The position numbers were made by a program, and so were the translations under genes. 32,000 nt of DNA. Origin: Vibrio phage 234P1. The notes beneath the pieces were generated by a model that was given only the letters and a program-made list of their open reading frames with translations, was not told the origin of the DNA and ran no database searches. The stretch lies in sequence record MW824415.1, one strand, 5' to 3'. Below, one piece after another: positions 17,601 through 27,000 of this stretch (the stretch's first letter is position 1; every line of letters starts with the position of its first letter).

Positions 17601-17799
17601 AATCACTCCTAAGGTAGATTCCACTATTACCCCAGTTAGTGATGGTGCTTCTTCTCGTGGTAGTCAGTCACAACAGACTCCTGTAGTCTTCCAGATACAG
17701 GCACTAGATGCTCAATCATTCATGGACAGAATGCCAGAAATTGGTCCTGCTATGGAAGAGTATTACGAGCAGCAAGGGCGTAAGTTAGCTTCCCCATAA
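14638..17799 (+). CDS. tape measure protein (1053 aa)
   Basis: Longest gene after the chaperone; coiled-coil N-terminus, 'ALVAANVFALSEGFRLL', hydrophobic Ala/Gly segments near 'AQGVAMALASAPWPINLVGAGMTAAAG', C-terminal 'GRASGGMGYAGNTYLAGENGKELITPK'. Confidence 0.93.
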   Translation: MAGKSIKELVIKVKQQNAKRVAKDIEHISTALLEATEYAELFNSELSMMKVPPGLDKFVKTFDKMEASLEEIASQTRKTTNSIGAMRNEAIEMADNFQTSFQVISEGLDDIGTDAVRASGKVQKGFEGVEGAINETAGAMGKATAANKRLGNGLKDTNRQGTNQARTFSKMAQSAGGLASTYALVAANVFALSEGFRLLSEAAAVDRLEDVSTVISAGIGVSIAGTAQAMRDATDGAISYQAALRQAAAATAYGFDTQQIEEFTQVARRAAVVLGVEMTDALNRVIRGISKAEVELLDELGVTVRLNEAFARYAAQHNIAASSLNSFQRQQALANEVILKSEQNLGAADDALESTSWEQFGANVSSATNQLLRFISTSDSMLSVLNSFNSAFDEVVQLSRSDATFTPFTKTLEEAPDALSSIVAYNNLVKEQNRLIKEGGVARQKSAALVGQGIDGTASAQDFLTYDKETLRLNDQYNTLQAQLTGVRHELDLTDEALQKFADSMGITVDDVALVSDSIQNLSLLSRSLGSDLTSFDNQVRGKSTNPYTAMSTSIKEATRDIDLLISKNLSLDDALAKLKISRDQYNNFGDVQDYINLLDVQEQKMLDIQKVGAAMVEEQHGALYVAKQELMMLHSRNAASLAALDITELTVAQKTELFKAEQKVVKATERVQELNYSLLKQQSAIRIAEEAALNPQQTSLGIANDKLRIEQATYEMMLRQNELAKAAGNAPVYGTDQLDAQRDTATDADTGLTSQLNQTNFQMAQSALQTLNPEIASATNNIYSLADAWAIMGNASATSAQQAAASASAMGSTLGAMGNLVNAASGAVTSGIDAEIAAVEASGATQEEQEAQIKELNKKKIKEQEKFAKTSILISTAQGVAMALASAPWPINLVGAGMTAAAGALAYAQASNASSSQLAALESSSSSTPTSSLTVGGDMSLRSDVSQASTGAERSQSLGDQGVYGRASGGMGYAGNTYLAGENGKELITPKVDSTITPVSDGASSRGSQSQQTPVVFQIQALDAQSFMDRMPEIGPAMEEYYEQQGRKLASP

Positions 17800-17803
17800 C
17801 CCT

Positions 17804-17831
17804 AAAACCCGACTCTTTGGTCGGGTTTTTT
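17804..17831 (+). terminator. intrinsic terminator after the tape measure gene
   Basis: AAAACCCGAC-TCTTTG-GTCGGGTTTT, 10-bp stem followed by TTA. Confidence 0.9.
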
Positions 17832-17852
17832 ATTGTCCGTAGAAAACATTTA

Positions 17853-17881
17853 TTGAAAAGCGCGAATTTACATGGTATAGT
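17853..17881 (+). promoter_or_regulatory. sigma70-like promoter for the tail-tip module
   Basis: TTGAAA (17853-17858) - 17 nt - TATAGT (17876-17881), 22 nt after the terminator T-run. Confidence 0.75.
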
Positions 17882-17914
17882 AAAACTTCATTAGAAGTTT
17901 TTAAAGGAGATTAC

Positions 17915-18538
17915 ATGAGATTACCAGACCCATTCACCGACGCAGCAGCAGCAGGGTTTTCCGCCGCTGTACTGAAAGAGGTAGACCCACAACTACAGGA
18001 TGATATGCCGGATGGTACTGTTCTACGTACTAACTCTGCAGCACCATATTGGACGCTAAACTTATCATACCCAGATTTATTCGATGAGGAATTTGCCTTA
18101 CTACTAGGTACATTAGCCGAATCGAAACGCTTAAACGAAAACATAGAAGTATTACTACCACAGTACGAAAAGTACCGTGTATCTGGTGATACTGCGCTAA
18201 CTAGTATAGCATCAGGAGCCGCCGGCTCAGAAGTAGTTATCAGTAACTACAGTGCTCTTACTGGTCGCCCATACTTAAACGACCTATTTCAGATGACAGG
18301 CGGTACTAAAGTATATAAGATCACTAAGGTAGAAATAGATACACAAGCAAATACTATGACACTAGGATTATATCCTAGATTAACACAAGTAACAGTAGGT
18401 AGTGAAAAGCCTATATTTAATAACATACTATTCAGCATGGTACTATCAGAAGGAACTCTACCTATGGAGGATCCTAGCACTGATGGCATGTACCGTGGAG
18501 TAGAGATTACACTTAGGGAGAACGTAATACATGGCTGA
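17915..18538 (+). CDS. tail tip / distal tail-associated protein (207 aa)
   Basis: RBS AAAGGAGA; located between the tape measure and gpJ-like genes. Confidence 0.5.
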   Translation: MRLPDPFTDAAAAGFSAAVLKEVDPQLQDDMPDGTVLRTNSAAPYWTLNLSYPDLFDEEFALLLGTLAESKRLNENIEVLLPQYEKYRVSGDTALTSIASGAAGSEVVISNYSALTGRPYLNDLFQMTGGTKVYKITKVEIDTQANTMTLGLYPRLTQVTVGSEKPIFNNILFSMVLSEGTLPMEDPSTDGMYRGVEITLRENVIHG

Positions 18539-21398
18539 TAAGATTTTACCTGCCGCGCAGCAGTACCTAAATGACACTAAAGTTATAAATCAAGCGTACT
18601 TAGTAGCTATTGAGCTACCTGGGCAAACAGGTAGCTTCTTAACTCTGACTAACTACAGTCGTGATATTACATACCTTGGTGTACCATACCAAACAGGCAC
18701 GCTGAAAAAGGTAACTAACGTTACCAGAACAGCGACACTTACATCAAATGCAGTATCTATACACCTAAGCGGTGTGCCACAGGCAGAAGTAGATCGCGCA
18801 TTAAATTCTGATTCTTATCTAGAACGTGTGATTCGAATTTACAAAGTAGTTATTAAAGAAGATGGATCGCTACTTGAGTTCTACGATGATGGATCTACCT
18901 TCCTATTGTTCGAAGGTAAGATTACAGACGTATCTCTTAAAGAAACTGGAGCTAACACATCTAAAGGTACTAGTGAAGTTACTTGGAAGTGTGCTGGCGC
19001 ATTCTATGAGTTAGATAGAGTAAACGGACGTATTACGGATGATGAATCTCACCGTGGTTTAATTACAGATAGTAATGGTAATTTGGTTCCTTCAAACGGT
19101 GCGAAGAAGTTTGAATACCAACAAGATAAGGGATTCTTCCACTCTAATCAATCCATAGACATCTTAGCTAGTTACCAGACAGAAGAGAAGCGCTATAAAG
19201 TTAAGACTTCCAAGAGCTGGGGTGGCTTAAAGACTGACGTAGATATGATAGAATACTACGAGACAGTTACTCGCGAGGTGGACATCAGATTCAACCTTGC
19301 TGCAAAATACATACCAGTTGTTTATGGAGTACAGAAAGTTCAAGGTATCCCGGTCTTCGCGGACATTATAGCTGATAACCCTGATAGAATATACGTTGTT
19401 TACGCGTTCTGTGAGGGAGAGATTGAAGGATTCCTAGATTTCTATATAGATGATAACCCAATTATCTGTTACGATAGTATTGACCAAGGAGACCGCGTAT
19501 GTTTCGGTAGCCGTAGAGACTCTGGTGATACTCTTGGCACTACAGCAGTGGCAGGCGGAGAAGGACCTAATGGTGCTACCGTACACGGGGAGCAATACAA
19601 CTACGATGACGGTAACGGTGAGATAAAGTTCTGGGTGTATCATGGTAAGAATGATCAAACAGCATCACCACGTATGGTAGGATTAGCTGCAGCTAACAGG
19701 TTCCTAGGGCAGACAGGGGCTTACGGTCCTAGTTACGGTCCTGAGTATTGGGATGCTGATTTCAAACTTATCGATACAGCGTATGTAGTAGTAGAGTTTA
19801 ATATCACGGACGAGAGATCAGACGTTCCAACTATCCATGCGGATATTCGTGGTAAGAAGGTAAGTGTGTACGACGACAACGGTTTAGTAAGCTCTGATGA
19901 GACTTCACTCAACCCAGCATGGCAAAAGCTGGACTATATTCGTAGTCCTATCTATGGTGTGGGTATCCCGTTTGATCGTATAGACTTAGATTCCTTCATA
20001 GAAACGGCAGACCTATTTAATGTACTAGATACTACATATGATCCAGACTGGGTGCCTTTCTGGAGATACTTAGGTTGGAATGAGCAGTGGCAAGAGTTCC
20101 GCTACGTAATGCAAACCAATGTTCTGCTTGATACAGCTAATACCCTATTCAAGAATACCGAAACGATGCTAAACCAATCAATTTGTGCCTTGAACATTGT
20201 AAATGGTAAATATACACTTACCGCCGAGGCTGAATCACAAGATGCCATTATAATACCAGAAGAAGATATTGTATCTGGTAATATACAGATATCTGATGTT
20301 ACGTCAAAGAACAAGTACAATACCGTGGTGGCTTCAATAGTCGATCCTGGACTTGGTTGGGCTAATAATACAATCACGTTCTTCGACGGAGAATATCTAG
20401 CAGAAGACGAGAACGTAGAACGTAAGTTGAACCTAGCATTCCCATACATCACTAACTACTACACAGCTAGAGCACTATGTGAGCGAGAGCTGAGAAAGTC
20501 TAGGTTTAATAGAGAAGTGAAGATTACTTTACCTTATAAGTATTTAGACCTACCTATAAATCGACCAGTTAAGTTATCCAAAGAGAGATTCGGATGGGAT
20601 AATAAGGACTTCCTACTACGTAGCGTAACCTTCCTTCCTAACGGTAACTCAGAAGTAACCCTACGTGAGTACTCTGAGGGCGTGTTTATTAACTCTCCTA
20701 AATCAGATAATAGTGATAATCAGAATCCTAAGCCTGAAAACCTAGTAAAACCACCACGTAACTTCCGCTACCTACCTGCTACTCAGGATGGTGACGAGGG
20801 TACAATTGGTAAGAACGGTGAATTACGCTGGGAGCCTAGTTTAACTAATGATGTAACCTACTACTCCATTCGTATATCGGGACAAATAGATCCAGTTACC
20901 GTAGCGGTTGATTCTATTGATAAAGCTTTGGGATACCTATTTGCGGAACTATACGGGTACGATGCAGGAACATATACTTTCGAGTGTAGAGCAGTTGCTG
21001 GCGCACGTGGACGATCTTCTTCCCCTGCTACTATAATAATAGACGTAGATCCCTCCAAGAACCTACCTAAGGTAACAAACTTACGAATTACCAATACAGC
21101 AAACAACAGTGATTTTGTATGGTTAGGTCCGGAACCTATTCTAGCTTGGGATCCTTTACCTGATGGTTTCTTACCTGTAGGTACAGAATCTTACCTAATA
21201 GACATTATAGACCCAGACACTGACGGTATAATTTCGCAATATCAAACTTCAGGTCTTACATTGAACTACCCGTTCACTGAAAACAAGACTCAATACTTTA
21301 ACCTCAAAGGAGAAGTCGGTGTATTCCGCTCCCTTGATGTCAGGATAAAAGCTGCCGGACAAACTGGTGAGCTATCCGTTGATTGGACTTACTTATGA
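18531..21398 (+). CDS. tail tip protein, gpJ-like central region with an additional N-terminal domain (955 aa)
   Basis: N-terminus 'YLVAIELPGQTG..LTLTNYSRDITYLGVPYQTG' resembles tail proteins of the DUF2163/gpL type; central 'KKVSVYD...SLNPAWQKLDYIRSPIYGVGIP...IDLDSFIETADLFN' is gpJ-like; C-terminal Fn3-like segments. Confidence 0.8.
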   Translation: MADKILPAAQQYLNDTKVINQAYLVAIELPGQTGSFLTLTNYSRDITYLGVPYQTGTLKKVTNVTRTATLTSNAVSIHLSGVPQAEVDRALNSDSYLERVIRIYKVVIKEDGSLLEFYDDGSTFLLFEGKITDVSLKETGANTSKGTSEVTWKCAGAFYELDRVNGRITDDESHRGLITDSNGNLVPSNGAKKFEYQQDKGFFHSNQSIDILASYQTEEKRYKVKTSKSWGGLKTDVDMIEYYETVTREVDIRFNLAAKYIPVVYGVQKVQGIPVFADIIADNPDRIYVVYAFCEGEIEGFLDFYIDDNPIICYDSIDQGDRVCFGSRRDSGDTLGTTAVAGGEGPNGATVHGEQYNYDDGNGEIKFWVYHGKNDQTASPRMVGLAAANRFLGQTGAYGPSYGPEYWDADFKLIDTAYVVVEFNITDERSDVPTIHADIRGKKVSVYDDNGLVSSDETSLNPAWQKLDYIRSPIYGVGIPFDRIDLDSFIETADLFNVLDTTYDPDWVPFWRYLGWNEQWQEFRYVMQTNVLLDTANTLFKNTETMLNQSICALNIVNGKYTLTAEAESQDAIIIPEEDIVSGNIQISDVTSKNKYNTVVASIVDPGLGWANNTITFFDGEYLAEDENVERKLNLAFPYITNYYTARALCERELRKSRFNREVKITLPYKYLDLPINRPVKLSKERFGWDNKDFLLRSVTFLPNGNSEVTLREYSEGVFINSPKSDNSDNQNPKPENLVKPPRNFRYLPATQDGDEGTIGKNGELRWEPSLTNDVTYYSIRISGQIDPVTVAVDSIDKALGYLFAELYGYDAGTYTFECRAVAGARGRSSSPATIIIDVDPSKNLPKVTNLRITNTANNSDFVWLGPEPILAWDPLPDGFLPVGTESYLIDIIDPDTDGIISQYQTSGLTLNYPFTENKTQYFNLKGEVGVFRSLDVRIKAAGQTGELSVDWTYL

Positions 21399-23431
21399 TA
21401 AATAACACGCAGCCAGTAAGGCTGACGTACCAAAGCTCCCTGGTAGGGTACACTCGTGGTGTATTCTACCACAGCGGTTACAGTGACCAGGATGTCGTAG
21501 GTAAGGCATTCTGGTTAGATGGGGTATTACAACCTATCACAACTAACCTTGACTACCTCTACTTTGAGGTAGTAACCCTACAACAAGATACAGCGTACCT
21601 ATTGGAGGCTGCCTTCTTCGATGAGATGGTAGATACTGACATGCTAGATGCTAGAACTATGGTTAATATATCAGACCCTCTAGCCTTTACTACAAAGAAA
21701 GCTCCCGTAATAACAGGGTATACTGTTAGCGCTGAACAGGTAGAAGTGGGAGTAGCGCCGCCTATCCTTAATCTAACTATTTCCGGATTTGCAGACTCAT
21801 TGGAAGTTCAATGGGCACCAACTGGAACTACTGATTGGGTAACTGCCTATGTGGGTCCTGCTGATCCGGAAGTAGCCGTAGTAGGTATATCTCCAGGCAC
21901 TATTGACGTTAGGGCACGTGGGTCTATCAACATCCCTGATGGTTTAGGTACTAAGGACGTTGGAGCATGGAGCTATGAGAATAACATCTTACTAGATTGG
22001 GCATACTCACCCCCTTCAGCACCTACTAACATTACCTTCACTACAGCTAAGCTCGCAGAGCCTGCAGAACGTTTTGATGTACTTGTAGCTTGGGACTGGG
22101 ATCGGGGTACAGGTCCGGATATTAGAGAGTTTGTACTTTACAGTATCCCTACTAGCCTATATGACTCTAATCCTGCAAATGACAAGTGGAGAGACGCTAC
22201 CCGAGTAAATACGGGTGTAGCACAGAGTTACGTACATATTGGTCATCCCTTCGAATTGCCTATGAAATATATGGTAGCTTCTATCGCTTGGGGACCTACC
22301 GAAGAGAATACAGCGTTTAGTAACATAGTGGACTTCGAAATCACTACCAGTACGCCTATAGATAATGACTTTACTACCCAAACGGGAGTTGAAGTAACCT
22401 ACGCACACATTAAGGGATTACTTAATGATAACAATGTTTGGAAGCAGACTTTCTTAATCGATGCTGCTACCGGAGCCGTAGCTATTGGACTTCTAGATGG
22501 CCAAGGACAAGCACCAATAACATTTGACCCTGTATCAGGTAATGTGAATGTTAAAGGTTCGGTTATTACTGAAGAGATTGTAGCAGCTAACTTTGTTATG
22601 GCTAACCTATCCGGTACTGATAATCCTAAGTTGTACACGTCTGCTAAGCCAAACTACGAAGACCCTAGTCAGGGGTTATTCGCAGGATACACGGATAACG
22701 ATGCTAAGTTTAAATTCGATCTAGGGGACTCACTTAAATATATCCGTTGGGATGGTGATAACTTACGAATTTCGGGAGATGTAGTAATTGGTACACCAGA
22801 TGGTGACGTACCTATTGGTGATGGTTCAACTTTTGTCGCAGAAATCTTTATTGATGCCACAGATACCCCGTCCACTCCTACAGATACTAACTATCCCCCA
22901 GCAGGTTGGTCAACTGTACCAGATCCAGCATCCGAAAATATTCAATATATTTCAGTTGGTAGAGTATCGCTAGCATCAAATACCTTAGTATCTGGCGAAG
23001 TTTGGAGCGATCCAATTCAGTTCACAGGGCGCGACGGTCCGAGAGCTCCAGGGTTCTATTCTCAGCCAGGGTCTGGTTACGCTAACTTCAACCCAACGCA
23101 GGCTAACTTACTATTCACGCAGCTATATGGTGCTGATGGTGAGCCTGTAGAGTACGATGTAGTGGTTCAGTACAAAAGTACAGATCCAGACGCTAATGTG
23201 CACACGGCACAGTGGGATGGCTCCTCGTGGGTAACTGCAACGCAAACCATTCATGGTAACGTGATAGTAGACGGGTCATTGAGGGCTGAATCACTAATTG
23301 CTGATGATGCGTTCCTGCAAACACTTGGTGTTAATAACATTTACGATAACGCTGCTATTTCCAGTGGCAACCCAGTAGCCAACTATAAGATGAGAATCTC
23401 ATTAGTCAATGGTTCTATACATATAAGATAA
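21395..23431 (+). CDS. tail tip/central fibre protein, gpJ C-terminal-like
   Basis: ATG at 21395 overlaps the upstream stop (ATGA); the track start at TTG 21383 is less likely. Fn3-like repeats ('PSAPTNITFTTAKLAEPAERFDVLVAWDWDRG') and 'DAATGAVAIGLLDGQGQAPITFDPVSGNVNVKG'. Confidence 0.7.
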   Translation: MINNTQPVRLTYQSSLVGYTRGVFYHSGYSDQDVVGKAFWLDGVLQPITTNLDYLYFEVVTLQQDTAYLLEAAFFDEMVDTDMLDARTMVNISDPLAFTTKKAPVITGYTVSAEQVEVGVAPPILNLTISGFADSLEVQWAPTGTTDWVTAYVGPADPEVAVVGISPGTIDVRARGSINIPDGLGTKDVGAWSYENNILLDWAYSPPSAPTNITFTTAKLAEPAERFDVLVAWDWDRGTGPDIREFVLYSIPTSLYDSNPANDKWRDATRVNTGVAQSYVHIGHPFELPMKYMVASIAWGPTEENTAFSNIVDFEITTSTPIDNDFTTQTGVEVTYAHIKGLLNDNNVWKQTFLIDAATGAVAIGLLDGQGQAPITFDPVSGNVNVKGSVITEEIVAANFVMANLSGTDNPKLYTSAKPNYEDPSQGLFAGYTDNDAKFKFDLGDSLKYIRWDGDNLRISGDVVIGTPDGDVPIGDGSTFVAEIFIDATDTPSTPTDTNYPPAGWSTVPDPASENIQYISVGRVSLASNTLVSGEVWSDPIQFTGRDGPRAPGFYSQPGSGYANFNPTQANLLFTQLYGADGEPVEYDVVVQYKSTDPDANVHTAQWDGSSWVTATQTIHGNVIVDGSLRAESLIADDAFLQTLGVNNIYDNAAISSGNPVANYKMRISLVNGSIHIR

Positions 23432-23437
23432 CCAGAG

Positions 23438-23462
23438 ACCCCACGTATTTTCGTGGGGTTTT
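23438..23462 (+). terminator. intrinsic terminator ACCCCACG-TATTTT-CGTGGGGT-TTT
   Basis: 8-bp GC-rich stem plus T tail at the end of the tail-tip module. Confidence 0.9.
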
Positions 23463-23484
23463 ATCGTATCAGAAATAAAATAAT

Positions 23485-23513
23485 TTGACTTGACGTTTTA
23501 TAGCATGTATAGT
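23485..23513 (+). promoter_or_regulatory. sigma70-like promoter for the fibre module
   Basis: TTGACT (23485-23490) - 17 nt - TATAGT (23508-23513). Confidence 0.78.
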
Positions 23514-23554
23514 TGTAAATATTGAAAGGCAATTAAGAATTAAAGGAGAAGCTA

Positions 23555-24001
23555 ATGAGCTATTTAAATGAAAAGACTCTAGATATCGTCCTAGAGGAGT
23601 ACGCTGACTTCGGGTACCAGTTACGTTTCAGTCAGGTAAACGAAGAATGTACCCCACATCCAGTAACAGGGGAACCTACAAACTGTAAAGAAGTATCAGC
23701 TCCTTTACCAGTAGACACTCTAGTATTTACTGGCAGCATCTCCGACAGTTTAGGCGATGACAGAGTAATACTGGAAGACTTTACAATATCAATGATCTCC
23801 GCAGCAGGCGGGGTGATCGAAATGATCCTCTCTAAGGCACAAGTAATAGCACTAGCGGGGGCACGACCAATTAGCCAAAAAGCAGGTGAGCGCCAAAGAT
23901 TAATCGGATATTACGATTTAATTTGTTTTGACGCTGCTGGAGACGTGACTACCCGAATTATGGAGGGTAAGGTTTACGTTAGTGACGGAGTGACTACATA
24001 A
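23555..24001 (+). CDS. hypothetical protein, probable fibre attachment or tail-tip accessory (148 aa)
   Basis: RBS AAAGGAG, overlapping stop/start with the large fibre gene. Confidence 0.55.
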   Translation: MSYLNEKTLDIVLEEYADFGYQLRFSQVNEECTPHPVTGEPTNCKEVSAPLPVDTLVFTGSISDSLGDDRVILEDFTISMISAAGGVIEMILSKAQVIALAGARPISQKAGERQRLIGYYDLICFDAAGDVTTRIMEGKVYVSDGVTT

Positions 24002-27000
24002 TGGCAACAAAAATAGAAGTAACCAAGCTTAATGCCTTAGATGACAATCTAGTAGAGGGTCAGAAGGTAATTGAGATCATACTTGGTCCGACTATCGGGG
24101 CAGACACAGCAGATCTAGCCCTTGCTGTTGCGCAAGCAGAAGCAGCACAGGCAGCTGCAGAGTTAGCGGAAGATAACGCTAAGGCCTCTGAACTTGCAGC
24201 GCTAGCATCAGAAGGTGCGGCACAAACAGCACAAACACTTGCAGAAGTGGCAGAAGGCAATGCTAAGGCATCCGAAATAGCTGCACAGAGCTCAGAAGAT
24301 GATGCTCAAATATCAGAAGATGCGGCAGCAGCCTCTGAAGCGGCAGCGCTTGCGTCTCAAAACGCAGCAGCAGTATCAGCAGCAGCAGCCCTTGCTTCAG
24401 AAAACGCAGCACAAAGCTCAGAAGACGATGCTCAGGTGTCAGAAGACAACGCGGCAGCCTCAGAAGTAGCGGCAGCGGCATCAGCAGCTGCGGCACTTGC
24501 GTCAGAAAACGCAGCACAGAGCTCTGAGGATGATGCACAGATCTCCGAGGATGCAGCGGCAGCCTCAGCAGCAGCAGCACTTGCATCTGAGAATGCAGCG
24601 CAAAGCTCAGAAGACGATGCTAAAGTATCAGAAGATGCAGCAGCGGCATCCGCAGCGGCAGCACTAACTCAGGCAAACCGCGCAGAGACAGAAGCAGATC
24701 GCTCAGAAACAGAAGCGGATCGTGCTCAAACCATCGCAGATTCTATGACAACAGCTCTAGTTCCTCGCGGTGACTGGGATGCATCTACAGGAGCATTCCC
24801 TACACCTACACTATCTCCTGAACGAGCAGACTTCTATCAGATCTCCGTAGCAGGTACAATGACAACTAACAAGCCTGCTGGACAGGATGATCTATCAGTT
24901 GAAGTAGGTGACCAATTATACTGGAACGTTGTAATCGACGTTTGGTACTCAATAGACAACACAGACCAAGTTACTAGCGTAGATGGTAAGAAAGGTGTTG
25001 TTGTAATTGATAAATACACACAGGCTGAAGCAGACGCTCGCTTTGTAAACGCTGCAGGCGATACGATGACTGGCGCTTTAACTATCGAAGAAAGCGTAAT
25101 GTTAGTGGGAAATACCGCGGCGGATAACTACATGGAACTTGCCCAAGTTTATGGTAGCTCTTACGGGTTTACTTTCCAACATAATAACGCATCCACTATG
25201 ACTAACTTGCAGGGTTCAACCAACCAAGCACTAGTTCTAGGTGATGTTAGTGCAAATGTTACAGACGTGCTATTGGGGGTGTCCCTAAAAGAAGGTGCGG
25301 GTGCATGGACTAAGCGTCTTGAACTCGACGGAGCAGGTGAATTATACCTTGGCTCTGGTGCAGCTTATAGGACTTTTCATGAAAACTACCACCCTAATGC
25401 AGATACATGGACTACCAGCCGTACAGTAACTCTTACTGGTGACGTTTCTGGTAGCTTTGCTATTGATGGATCGGCAGATGTCTCAGTCTCCGTTGTTGTT
25501 GAGGACGACAGTCACGTCCACACGGATTACTTGAGTAATGTAGCAACCGACCTAAGTAACATTATGTATGGTAACATATATGCCTCCGACGAGAAGCCCC
25601 TAATACAACTAGTCGGGGATGACGCATATTTTGGGTCTCACGGCCGAGTAGGATTGCAACTGGCATCCTCGTCAAACCCAGAGTGGAAGACTTCAACAGC
25701 CGCCTACAAACTATTTAATGAGTCCTACCACCCTAACGCAGATACTTGGACTACTGCTAGAACAATTACTCTTACTGGTGATGCTACAGGTTCATTTACT
25801 ATGGACGGTTCCTCTGATGAATCGGTAGAAGTTACAGTCGTTAATGACTCCCATACCCATGATACGCGTTACTTAAAACTAGCTGGTGGGTACATGGCCG
25901 GTGAGATTACAGGGCCTTACAGCTGGGTACTAAATCGCACTTTCGTTATGATTGAGAACGAGACTCCTCAGTACCTATTGCTATGTCTCAACGCGGGAGG
26001 CAACAATGTGAACGGTGAGTTCATACTGAATAGGACGTCTGGTAATTACCAGTCTGCTAACCTTAATGTTGTAGTCTCTTCTGGTTCTTCTGTATCGCCG
26101 TACGGTACTATAGTGTCCGTGCAATCTACCCAAGATGATGAAGAGTACAGGCTAGTAACAGTGGACTATGCAGGCGATAGTTGGGTAGCTATTAAGTACG
26201 TAGGCAACTCGTATCCTGTAACAGACCCTGGTCTATTCTCAGGGCGTATACAGTCTTCTAAAGCTGGTTCACTTACTGCTGTAGGTGCCGCGAGCATAAC
26301 CAATGAAGCACCCCTAAGAGACGCTACTAAGTTCGAGTTAAATGGGCAGGCTATATTCCATCAAGGATACCACCCTAACGCAGATACTTGGACTACTGCT
26401 AGAACTCTTACGTTTACAGGCGACGCTACGGGCTCTACTACTTTAGACGGCTCCTCAGACAAGTCTATTGCTATGACAGTGGTAGATGACTCACATAATC
26501 ACAGCTATGTTAACGGTACATTTGAGATTCGCCACGCTAATGAGCAACTTAAGTTAGTGGATACTACAGATGGTAATAAATGGTGGATGCTAGATCACCA
26601 GAATGGTGACCTTAACTTCCGCTATAACGGAGTGTCAGTAACCCCTGCCCTAGTAATACATGAAACAGGTAATTACGTTAGTGCCCCTAGCTTTAGTGCT
26701 ACAACCTACTTAAACCTACCTATAGAGAATGTCCGTACTGGTAATCAGGCAGATATTCGATACAACCCAGTCAAAGGCTTCGAAGGACACGACGGAGTAG
26801 AGTGGGGAGCTATTGGTGGTGGTGGTGGTGTTGAGTGGGAAGCAACCACAGGAACATCTGTAGTTGCAGAAACTGGCGCAGGCTATTTAGTTACAGAAGC
26901 CGGAGTTACAGTTGTACTTCCACCAACCCCAGATCAAGGTAATACTGTAGGTGTAGGTGATTACAACGGTCTTAACTTCGAAGTAACTATTAACCCTAAC

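Noticed and set aside
24263-24586. 107-aa Leu-rich plus-strand ORF inside the large fibre gene
   Set aside because: Alternate-frame artefact of the Ala/Ser/Glu repeat region (Leu-rich from GCA/GCAG repeats read out of frame)
24240-24700. Possible diversity-generating retroelement template/variable repeat or phase-variable tract
   Set aside because: No reverse transcriptase seen in the window, changes are not adenine-specific and no simple homopolymer tract is present; heptad coiled-coil repeats explain it
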